A DNA stretch of 64,000 bases, taken from NCBI GenBank assembly GCA_965214615.1, contig OZ243952.1, positions 2,445,734 through 2,509,733 of the forward strand, read 5' to 3'. The notes under the pieces were generated by a model that did not search any database, was not told the origin of the DNA, and was given only the letters and a program-made list of their open reading frames with translations. Positions 27,315 through 35,630 of this stretch are shown here, in pieces. This DNA is from Arenicellales bacterium. GTDB lineage: Bacteria > Pseudomonadota > Gammaproteobacteria > Arenicellales > JAJDZL01. The translations under genes and the position numbers were made by a program. The first letter of the stretch is position 1. The number at the start of each line of letters is the position of its first letter.

Positions 27315-29778
27315 AATCCGTAGTGCGTATCCTTGAATATCAAAGCGACGGGAATTGCGATGGCAGTTCCGTCTTAACCAATCAAACACCAGAATATTTC
27401 CTAAATATAATAAATATATGATAGATATCTTATATTGCACAATAGATTGCGCCTATTTTAACAAATTTGCAATCAGAATCCATCCAATTCATTCAGTCTA
27501 GAAAATTAGACTTGAATGAATGGCAAAGGCCGAGTTGGGCAACTCTCAATGAGTCATCCTGGACGTTGAATCGCAAACTGAATTGTTAGGTAGTATTGCA
27601 GCTATTCTCGTCCAGCAAATGAAGCGCTAAAGTGAGGGGTGCCGATAAATAGAGAACACCACCAAGCGCTTAGAGAAGGTTGAGTTGGAGATAGGATTGG
27701 TTCGCGTGCAGTTTTTGCAAATACCATGGTCATATAATTGTTCTACATCTACGAAATTGTCAAAATACGTTTCGGTTACTTGGTAATGTCAGCACAATGA
27801 CTGCTTCGACAAGAATCGAAAGCTGAAAAACGGATGCGGACACCTCAAGAGCAATACGCGTCAGACGTTATGAGCAGTTCTCAGACGAGTGTGTATGGTG
27901 CGCATATGCCGAACCAGCGAAACTGAGCATTTCATTGAAAAAACTTCCATCGTTGTGGGAAGTTTGCACCTTGGACCAAGGCATGAGGATCCGCGAATAT
28001 CTGCTGCGAGTCAGTTTCATCCTGACTCTTCCTATCACATCTGCAAATTGTTCCATGGTTTCTCAAACCCCGCCGCACCTTGCAAAGATCGACGTCAGTC
28101 GCACTAGAATCCGTGTCATGATGTTCAACCGCTGCACCACCTAGACGATGCAATTATGATCAATCACCTTGTCCAAATCCAACCGGAACCGGTGAAAGGA
28201 ATAAATTTATATTTCAGTCGTAATTATAACATCATGAGATTTTTTTTCGAATGTCCATTTTTCGACGAGGTGCCTCAGATTTCGGCGTCAACCCAATGAA
28301 CGCATCGGGTTGCTACTCATTTTCTTGCTATCCTTCGATAGTGTCGGATACTTTCAAAATGCCCCTATATTGCGACACAGCCTATGGATGCCGAATTAAT
28401 CTGAACTTCATTGACCAAATGTAATTCCGGTTGCACCCTATATCGTTAAATGAAACATTTACCGTCGATTTGTCGAGTTAAAACTGTGATTGCACTGAAT
28501 ATACGTGTGTTCGGATCCACGCCGAGCAAAACCATAGCCTTGGCTTGCACTGGCGTCATTTGCACCACCACCGGCACCGTCGCGTCAATCCTTCCAGGCA
28601 GCAAATCCTCATTGAACGTCAAGGTCGACAATTCGTCGAGCACCATAGCAAAGTTGTGCACCGGATAGTCGTCTTTTGGTCTTTTTTGTCACCGCCCTTT
28701 CCATTGCCCGGTCCGATACCTGCACCTTGGCCACCGCTGAGACTCGGCACGCAAGCACCGAGTCGTGTTCGTCTTCGAATAACACCGGCGCAAACCTTGC
28801 GCGCATGTGCCGTTCGAGTGTTGCCGCCGGTCGGACGTATTTCCGCAGCGATTGTTAAGCGCAATCTAATTCAGGTGACCCAGAGTCAACGCCGCGAGGC
28901 CGGCTGCGTTTGCAAGTGGAGCGTTTGCGAGGGTATCAAGAACCTGAGCGATATCGCCACAGTCGAATTCGGTTTAGCGACCGTCCGCTTGCTGTCGATA
29001 CGCGGCGTTCAAAAAAGTCGGCAAATGCCAATTGCTGCCTAACCCTACTCCTACGCTAATCTACCCAGGTCTGGAATTGGGAGAAAGTTCGCAGAATTCG
29101 GTTCATAGACACACACGTACCGAGATGGCGCAGCCGACTGCCCGAAGACTTGGCGAACCAATGTGGTTCTGCCAATTTGGAGCGGACAGGTTGCGATCGT
29201 CAACCACCGATGAATCTCCCGCAGGCGGTCGACTGGCGTGGATATCTGACCTCGTGCATAGGATGCCATAGCAGCAATCCAATGTATTGAGCGAATTTAC
29301 TCGAAACATTTCATCACTCGACGAAATCGATGGCCGCAGAGATTCGAGGCGCAACCTGGCTGGTTCTTGCTGCGCCGGGAGGTTTCCTTACAGGCAGGCG
29401 TACGTACGGCGAACGTAATTCGAGTAATCATTCGACTCTGACGCGGCGCGCTCACAGATGACCTGATCCCAACCTCCGTTGACACGGAATGGAAGCATGG
29501 GATCGAGGATGCTCGTCGGTCTGCAAAATACAATCCGGATGGTATTCACCGCGATACCTGCGAACAATTGAATGAAGCGCGAATTTGAACTGCTTCGGCC
29601 ATTTCGGTTATTATTTTTTCATTCTGGTCAGGAAATTAGCGACTCATTCCCAGTATCGCAACTGAACGCGAGCAGCGCTCCGCGATCCGAACAGAGCAAC
29701 CGGTTGCTCAGAAACACCTAAACCCACAGAATCAGAGACATCACGTTCACATTCAATTGAAATTCGTAAATCACCGCA

Positions 29779-30798
29779 ATGAATTTTGACGCCGCCAATG
29801 GACGGATCCTGGATCTGTCTCACGAGCAAAGCACTGCCCGCTTGGACCGGCAAGTGACCGATGCCCGCGCGTGGCTCGGCAGCGACATTGCCCCATCCGA
29901 ATGCCTGATCAGCATCAGCGACGCGGTACGCACCGAAATACTCGCCATGGCAGACGCAATGCGCGCCAATCCGCTTCCGACCGTGCTGAGGCGCGCGTCA
30001 CAGTTTGAAATGCCGAATATTCTCGAGCTTATGCGCGATGTTCGAAACCGTCTCAACAAGCCGCCGCACATCGCCGTGATCGACGCTATGCCGCTGGATG
30101 ACCTGGAAACCGACCAGGCGATTGACGCCTACTGGGTTCTGGGCCAGGCCATCGGACGCAATGTCGCGCAAAAGTGGGACGGAACAATGGTCTACCACGT
30201 ACGCGACACCGGCACTCCGTGGCAATACGGGGTACGCGGCTCCTACACCGCGGTCGAACTGCTGTTTCACAATGACAACGCTTTCGGAATCGCCTTGCCG
30301 CACTACGTCGGCCTGCTGTGCCTGCAGCCGGCAAAGCAAGGCGGGATGAGTCGATTCTGCAGCCTCCACACGATCCACAACCGAATGCTTCGGCAATATC
30401 CGGCCGAACTGGGTCGATTGTACGAACCGGTTCTGTGGGACAGGCAGGCCGAACATCCCCAAAACGATCCGGTGGCAGCCAGTGCCCCGGTGTTCTCCTA
30501 CACCGGCAGCCGACTCAGAACCCGGGCCAATCCGAGCCTGATCTTCAACGGTTACAAGGTCGCGGGCATTGAAATGGATCCGGCAACGTCGGATGCCGTC
30601 GACGCGCTGAAAGAAGTTTCTGAAGACCCGGAACTGTGGTTTGAAATGCCGATCGAGCGCGGCCACATGCAGTACATCAACAATATCGACATCGCCCACT
30701 ACCGAAGCGAATTTGTCGATTTTCCAGATCCTGGAAAAAAGCGGCATCTGGTACGAACCTGGCACCGCGATACGGGACAAGTCACCTACAACGGATAG
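29779..30798 (+). CDS. TauD/TfdA-family Fe(II)/2-oxoglutarate dioxygenase, substrate unknown
   Basis: 339 aa. HxD iron motif in ..VELLFHNDNAF.., distal His/Arg region ..NNIDIAHYRSEF...KRHLVRTW. The overall layout is typical of the clavaminate-synthase-like TauD family. The 260-aa ORF on the opposite strand is rejected. Confidence 0.8.
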   Translation: MNFDAANGRILDLSHEQSTARLDRQVTDARAWLGSDIAPSECLISISDAVRTEILAMADAMRANPLPTVLRRASQFEMPNILELMRDVRNRLNKPPHIAVIDAMPLDDLETDQAIDAYWVLGQAIGRNVAQKWDGTMVYHVRDTGTPWQYGVRGSYTAVELLFHNDNAFGIALPHYVGLLCLQPAKQGGMSRFCSLHTIHNRMLRQYPAELGRLYEPVLWDRQAEHPQNDPVAASAPVFSYTGSRLRTRANPSLIFNGYKVAGIEMDPATSDAVDALKEVSEDPELWFEMPIERGHMQYINNIDIAHYRSEFVDFPDPGKKRHLVRTWHRDTGQVTYNG

Positions 30799-30802
30799 GA
30801 TT

Positions 30803-30848
30803 CAATCCTTACATCAAACCACAGCTAACTCGGGGGCTTGATTTTGTA
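30803..30848 (+). repeat. Left terminal inverted repeat of the IS4-like element
   Basis: caatccttacatcaaaccacagctaactcgggggcttgattttgtat matches the reverse complement of 32412-32458 (caatcctttcatcaaaccacagttaactcggggcttgatgtttatac) with 4 mismatches and a 1-nt indel. Confidence 0.85.
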
Positions 30849-31707
30849 TCAGTTTGAGATTTTCTGTGCATTCATTCCTCGGAACATGATTAACGCCGGG
30901 GTGAACAAGGCAAGCGCCTCCCACAATTTTCGAGTTCCCGGCAAAGGCTGACTTTTTTTCGACCCGAGCCCGGCGACACTCGCAAGGTCGATGACAAAGG
31001 TGCGGATCGTCGGATCCGGCTTCGGCGGCCCCCGGGAACCGCGAATGCCGCGATAGTGTAAATACCGATACTGTTCTTCGACCTGATCGGCTCCCACCAC
31101 ATCCCTTGCCAAGACGCCCGGATTGCTGTGGGCCATGTAATTCAGATCATGGATGTGACAAGCGGTGACCGCATCGAACACCAGGTATTTGTGTAAATAA
31201 TCGGCATGGTCGAATTGGCGCGAACCGACGCTCGTGCCGTTTTTCAATACGCTGAACAGGTCTCAATGTGCCATCGCAACTCATACCAGCGCACCACCTT
31301 GAGCGCCTGGACGGCATCGGCCCCGCCATCGGTTGTCAGCAACAGCCAGTGCAGTGGCTCGGCATCCCTGGGCGGTTCGATCTCGTCTAAACGCTCACCG
31401 CAAGCATGCGCACCGGCGATTTGTCCTTTTCATTAACCGGAGCCTGCAATCCGGCAGGCGGGGAAAACTCACTGACACGCCCGGCAACGCCGGCGCGGGC
31501 CGTCGGCAGCGAAAACCCTGCCTTGTCTGCAAGCCCTGCCAGCGCCTTTCGCGCCGAACTTATCGCAGGACGCCCCTTGCGGTTATGCTGTTCGTCTAGC
31601 TCGCACAGCAGACGGGCAAGATCGCCGCGCGTTGTCGACGGCTTCGATAACTCCTCCATCACCTGCGTGACAGTCTCGGCACTGAAATGGCGCATTCCAA
31701 TTTGCAT
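30849..31707 (-). pseudogene. IS4-family (Tn5-like) DDE transposase, 5'-truncated and frameshifted
   Basis: Three frames join as ..RKGRPAISSARKA..SPVRMLAV / GERLDEIEPPRDAEPLHWLLLTTDGGADAVQALKVVRWYELRWHIETC / FSVLKNGTSVGSRQFDHADYLHKYL...LASVAGLGSKKSQPLPGTRKLWEAL. By eye this is colinear with Tn5 Tnp ..PLKWLLLTS...YTHRWRIEEFHKAWKTG...IARLGGFMDSKRTGIASWGALWEGW. At least 2 frameshifts, and the N-terminal ~190 codons are missing. Confidence 0.7.
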
Positions 31708-31783
31708 GCCGATATGATGGCATAATCATTTTCCGAAGTGAACTATGGCCATATGAACGGTTTGTAAGCGTCTTTGAAGATGT

Positions 31784-32062
31784 CTATGCCGTAACTGATA
31801 AGCGTACACCCAACGCATGCATCAACCGGTGGATGGTGTGCCATTTGGGTTGTACCTGACCATTAATCACTTTGTAGAGACTCTCGCGGTTCAGCCTAGC
31901 TGCTTGAGCCACCTGAGCGACACCCTTACGCTTGACGGCATGACCTAAGGCCACGACAAAGACAGCAGGGTCATCGTCCTCGTAGGCATCAGTCAGATAT
32001 TGAGATAGATCATCGTCGACTAGTAAATGATCAAAGGGATTATAGTCCGTCAGCTTAGTCAT
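31784..32062 (-). CDS. higA: HigA-family addiction-module antidote protein (HTH antitoxin)
   Basis: MTKLTDYNPFDHLLVDDDLSQYLTDAYEDDDPAVFVVALGHAVKRKGVAQVAQAARLNRESLYKVINGQVQPKWHTIHRLMHALGVRLSVTA matches the antidote-protein pattern (..PFD..YL.D.E....YL........DP.....ALG.IA...G....A...G..RE.LY..L......P.....V.KV..ALG..L). It starts 4 nt downstream of the toxin gene. Confidence 0.85.
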   Translation of the reverse strand: MTKLTDYNPFDHLLVDDDLSQYLTDAYEDDDPAVFVVALGHAVKRKGVAQVAQAARLNRESLYKVINGQVQPKWHTIHRLMHALGVRLSVTA

Positions 32063-32066
32063 GGTC

Positions 32067-32366
32067 TCAAACCTCCAATTCGCTCAATATTCGATGCGCG
32101 CGGGCAATATCGCGTGATTGACTGGACTTATCACCAGCGCACAACAAAATGAGAAGGTCGCTATCACGTATCGAAAAGTATATCCGGTAACCTGGCCCTG
32201 CGAATACTCTCATTTCACTCACGCCCTGCCCCACTGGCTTGGTGTCGCCAAGATTTCCGGCAACTGCTCGGTCCAATCGTTGAGCGATAGCCCTCGCAGC
32301 CTGGCGGTCGCGGACCCGAGATAGCCAGCGATTGAAGTCATCGGTGGTAACTACGTGATAGCGCAT
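32067..32366 (-). CDS. higB: HigB/RelE-superfamily addiction-module killer protein (toxin)
   Basis: MRYHVVTTDDFNRWLSRVRDRQAARAIAQRLDRAVAGNLGDTKPVGQGVSEMRVFAGPGYRIYFSIRDSDLLILLCAGDKSSQSRDIARAHRI matches the killer-protein pattern (F..WL..L.D..A...I..R..R...GN.GD.KPVG.GVSE.RI..GPGYR.YF......L..LL.GGDKS.Q..DI..A). The ORF-track start at 32384 is an alternative. Confidence 0.85.
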   Translation of the reverse strand: MRYHVVTTDDFNRWLSRVRDRQAARAIAQRLDRAVAGNLGDTKPVGQGVSEMRVFAGPGYRIYFSIRDSDLLILLCAGDKSSQSRDIARAHRILSELEV

Positions 32367-32411
32367 ACGCGCATTGTAGCTCATGAGCTACACGGAGACA
32401 AGGCAACTTAC

Positions 32412-32458
32412 GTATAAACATCAAGCCCCGAGTTAACTGTGGTTTGATGAAAGGATTG
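32412..32458 (-). repeat. Right terminal inverted repeat of the IS4-like element
   Basis: See the left repeat. The similarity also shows up as matching C-terminal tails of two shadow ORFs (..DRIQSLHQTTANSG vs ..DRLQSFHQTTVNSG). Confidence 0.85.
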
Positions 32459-32944
32459 CAACCTGTCCGGGCATTGATCCGGTGGTTGGATGCCGCCAGC
32501 CTGATGTGCATATCCTCGGCTTCGCCGTTGACCTCGGCGATTGCCGCGACAAATTCGCAGGACATTCCGGTGATTGCAGTTTCCGCAATCGATCTTTGCA
32601 CGGGCCTGCGTATCACATGCCGACAATATTTCGCGTCTGACTGAAGGGAACGTAAATAAATTACCCTTCCAATGGAATTGATGGTGTTATAAATGGCGAG
32701 ACAGAAAAGTTACACAAAGAAATCTTTTACGCAAATAGCAAGCAACACTAAATAAGGATGTTGCTGTCTTTACGAAAGGACCGGAAAGGGAAGTTCGCTC
32801 ATTGAATCGGTATTTCAAAAATAGGCAGATGATTTAGTTTATTTATTTTATTCATAGACTTAAATTAATTATTTAATTTATTACCTGATATTAAGTGTCA
32901 AATCTTGGAACAGGAGGGCGGATATTGTAACGCTCAGCGTAAAG

Positions 32945-33423
32945 TTGGAATATGTGGAACCCGAAGTAAGCAGAACCCTGCTGGTGCCATATGATTTGAC
33001 ACTAGACGACTTGCACGACACTTTGCAACGTGCCTTCGGTTGGGACAATAGTCACCCATGGCTGTTCGAACTTGCAAGACAATCTAGAAGACAGGTTGTT
33101 CCCGAATGGCTATTCGAAGATGACGAAGTATGCGAAACTACCGTCCGTGACACCATGTCCGCACTTTGATGTATTTGTACGACTTCGGAGACAAATAGGA
33201 GCACCGCAAACGTATCGGAAGAAAGGCAAAGGCCAAGCGAGGTCAGCTGTATCCTCAGTTGGTCGAAAGGAAGGGAAGGACGCCGCCGGAGGACGTCGGC
33301 GGACCTCCGGGCTACGCACATTTTTTGAAATCACTCGGCAGGGACCACTATCCAAAACGCGGGGTTTATGTGCAGTGGTATCAAGCAAAGTTTGACCGTT
33401 TCGATACGAAAGAGGAAAACTAA
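32945..33423 (+). pseudogene. Plasmid pRiA4b ORF-3-like family protein, inactivated (frameshift plus TAG nonsense)
   Basis: ..LSVKLEYVEPEVSRTLLVPYDLTLDDLHDTLQRAFGWDNSHPWLFEL.. (frame 1, stop at 33167-69) continues after a frame slip as LMYLYDFGDK*EHR...YPQLVERKGRTPPEDVGGPPGYAHFL... The family hallmark YDFGDxWEH has its TGG replaced by TAG. No clean ATG start. Confidence 0.7.
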
Positions 33424-33658
33424 AACAGAACGTTTTGTCGTGGGCTGATTTCTTGTCCGGAAGTTTTGAAGACGAATGACATTTCCGCAACCGGATATCA
33501 GCACGGACAGGACGACGGATGCCGCAACAGATGCAAAAAGAGTTTCAAAGATTTCAGTCAAGGGCAGTCATTTGCAGCATGCATGTTGCAATGCAAATTC
33601 ATTGTAACAGGGCAGTACTAGGTTTCGCGACGTTCATCAATTTCCATTCGCAGCCGCT

Positions 33659-34894
33659 ATGCAAGCCACAATGAATTCCACGAATCCGCACCACCGCATG
33701 GACGCGGGGCCTGAATCGCTATTGGCCCGGCTGAATCAACTCTCAACCCGCGACGATTCGCGATTCGGCACCTTCGATGAAGACGGAATTGTCCACTTCG
33801 CAGGCGAATTCTGGACTGCGCAGCAACGCCAAGGCAACCGCATCCATGAAATCAGCTACCGTGCGTGCTTCAAGCCGCAACTGCCTGAATTTTTCATCAA
33901 TCGCCTCACCGAACCGGGAGACATCGTCTATGACCCGTTCATGGGCAGGGGAACAACTCCCGTCGAGGCTGCGCTTCAAGGGCGTGTCCCTTATGGCAGC
34001 GACATCAACCCGCTCAGCAAGGCACTCGCAGAACCGCGAATCAACCCTCCTTCGCTCAAGGCCGCGATGAAACGGCTCGAGCAAATTCCGTGGAGCAGTT
34101 TTCGCCGATACGAGCATCGGGATCTCCTAGCCTTCTACCACCCGACAACACTGGCTCAAATCGAGGGACTGCGCAACTGGCTCGCCGAACGCGAATCGTC
34201 AGACCGAATGGATCAGGCGGACCGGTGGATTCGGATGGTCGCGATCAATCGGCTGACGGGACACTCTCCCGGCTTTTTCTCGGTCTACACAATGCCGCCA
34301 AATCAGGCAGTCACCGTAGAGCGCCAACGGCTGATCAACCAGCGCCGCGGGCAGACGCCGAGTCTTCGGGATGTGCCTGCCATTATTGCAAAAAAGTCCA
34401 AAGCCCTGCTCAAAGACGAAGCACCGCAGACACGCGACTGCCTGCTGCTCACCTGCGAGTCCGACAAGACATTCCAAATTCCGCCGGATTCGGTCACCCT
34501 GACAGTGACGTCGCCTCCATTTTTGAAAGTCGTCAATTATGAGACGGACAACTGGCTGCGATGCTGGTTCCTGGGCGTCGACTCCAGACAGGTCGCGATT
34601 GCAAGCTACTCCAGTCTCAATTCGTGGCAAGCATTCATCGCGCGCACGCTCAATGAGCTATACCGGATTACCCGCCCAGGCGGGCACGTCGCATTCGAAG
34701 TCGGCGAAGTTCAAAAGGGCACGGTCAAATTGGAAAAAAATGTGGTCGCAGCAGCAGCCGATACAGGATTCAAGATCGAGTGCATCATCATCAATCAGCA
34801 AAATTTCACCAAGACATCCAACTGCTGGGGCATTGCCAACAACACCTCGGGCACCAACAGCAACCGGATCGTCGTGCTGCGCAAAGAGCCATGA
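33659..34894 (+). CDS. Orphan alpha-class N4-cytosine/N6-adenine DNA methyltransferase (N4/N6 MTase family)
   Basis: 411 aa. AdoMet motif I DPFMGRGTT (aa 92-100) precedes catalytic motif IV TSPPF (aa 284-288), which is the alpha-type order. SPPF/SPPY is most typical of N4-cytosine enzymes. No endonuclease-like neighbour. Its stop overlaps the pdxJ start (ATGA). Confidence 0.85.
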   Translation: MQATMNSTNPHHRMDAGPESLLARLNQLSTRDDSRFGTFDEDGIVHFAGEFWTAQQRQGNRIHEISYRACFKPQLPEFFINRLTEPGDIVYDPFMGRGTTPVEAALQGRVPYGSDINPLSKALAEPRINPPSLKAAMKRLEQIPWSSFRRYEHRDLLAFYHPTTLAQIEGLRNWLAERESSDRMDQADRWIRMVAINRLTGHSPGFFSVYTMPPNQAVTVERQRLINQRRGQTPSLRDVPAIIAKKSKALLKDEAPQTRDCLLLTCESDKTFQIPPDSVTLTVTSPPFLKVVNYETDNWLRCWFLGVDSRQVAIASYSSLNSWQAFIARTLNELYRITRPGGHVAFEVGEVQKGTVKLEKNVVAAAADTGFKIECIIINQQNFTKTSNCWGIANNTSGTNSNRIVVLRKEP

Positions 34895-35622
34895 CAAAAC
34901 TGAGCGTCAATCTAAATAAAATTGCACTGCTGCGCAATTCGCGAGGTGCGAATTATCCGAAAGTTCTTGATTTTGCCGAACTGTGCGCACGCTGCGGCGC
35001 CCACGGCGTTACGGTACATCCTCGTCCCGACCAGCGCCACGCCACATATCAGGACGTCCGCGATCTTGCACAATTCAGGGACAGGCACCCTGAAATCGAA
35101 CTCAATGTGGAAGGCTACCCCGCTGCGGATTTCATTGCCGCAGTAATCGCGGCAAAACCCGATCAATGCACCCTGGTGCCCGATGATCCTGATCAGGTGA
35201 CATCGGATCACGGATGGGATACGAGGACGCGCAGCGACTATCTGGCCAAAATCATTGAAGACCTGCGGGCAAGCGGAATTCGAAGCAGTATCTTTCTGGA
35301 CCCTGATCCGGAACTGATCGAATCAGCCGCAGGCACCGGCGCGGACCGGATCGAACTGTATACCGAAGCCTACGCCAAGGCATACGGAACCGAAGATGAA
35401 GAGCGCACGTTCGAACTCTACCGCAAAACAGCGGAAAAAGCCCTTGAACACGGACTCGGACTCAACGCCGGACATGATCTGAATCAGTTGAATCTCGCCA
35501 AATTCCTGACTATTCCGGGCATACTCGAAGTATCGATCGGACACGCATTGACTGTCGAGGCCCTGCTCGACGGCTATGAGTCAACGATTCGGGCCTATGT
35601 CCGAATTGTAAATTGTGCCTGA
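34891..35622 (+). CDS. pdxJ: Pyridoxine 5'-phosphate synthase
   Basis: Internal Met of the 34780..35622 ORF. MTKLSVNLNKIALLRNSRGANYP...GAHGVTVHPRPDQRHATYQDV...ELNVEGYP...DQVTSDHGWD...ELYTEAYA...GLNAGHDLN...EVSIGHAL fits the PdxJ pattern of the HPRPDxRH type. Confidence 0.85.
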   Translation: MTKLSVNLNKIALLRNSRGANYPKVLDFAELCARCGAHGVTVHPRPDQRHATYQDVRDLAQFRDRHPEIELNVEGYPAADFIAAVIAAKPDQCTLVPDDPDQVTSDHGWDTRTRSDYLAKIIEDLRASGIRSSIFLDPDPELIESAAGTGADRIELYTEAYAKAYGTEDEERTFELYRKTAEKALEHGLGLNAGHDLNQLNLAKFLTIPGILEVSIGHALTVEALLDGYESTIRAYVRIVNCA

Positions 35623-35630
35623 CAGCGACT

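Larger units (their letters stand above)
30803..32458 (-). mobile_element. Defective IS4/Tn5(IS50)-like element (1,656 bp) bounded by ~46-bp inverted repeats and carrying higBA
   Basis: Terminal inverted repeats (next two features) enclose a frameshifted C-terminal ~285 codons of a Tn5-like transposase plus an intact higB-higA pair. The pair sits where the transposase 5' half should be. No target-site duplication is evident. Confidence 0.6.

Noticed and set aside
28251-28424. Cys-rich 57-aa ORF (MSIFRRGASDFGVNPMNASGCYSFSCYPSIVSDTFKMPLYCDTAYGCRINLNFIDQM) as a possible RiPP/bacteriocin precursor near the dioxygenase
   Set aside because: No RBS (it is preceded by a T8 run), no modifying, immunity or export genes, and it lies in an AT-rich region where such ORFs arise by chance. 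Noted only as a long shot.
28446-28864. Glycine-rich ORF (..SGGQGAGIGPGNGKGGDKK..) plus the 71-aa ORF, joinable by a slip in an A7 run, as a microcin-like gene
   Set aside because: The upstream part is Arg-rich and non-protein-like. Three frames all give partial protein-like text, there is no start/RBS and no recognisable family. Counted as island wreckage.
30791-30815. tRNA-like T-arm (aggattcaatcct) suggesting a tRNA-gene att site at the IS border
   Set aside because: Only a 4-5-bp stem with a 3-5-nt loop. No acceptor, anticodon or D arms can be built from the surrounding sequence. The segment is better explained as the outer end of the IS inverted repeat.
31387-31707. 106-aa ORF first considered a separate HTH/DUF4338-like regulator
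   Set aside because: Its C-terminal part continues, after a frameshift, into the Tn5-like ..PLHWLLLTT..RWHIE.. segment. RKGRPAISSARKA aligns with the Tn5 Tnp ..RKNRPARKASL.. region. It is therefore an internal piece of the transposase pseudogene.
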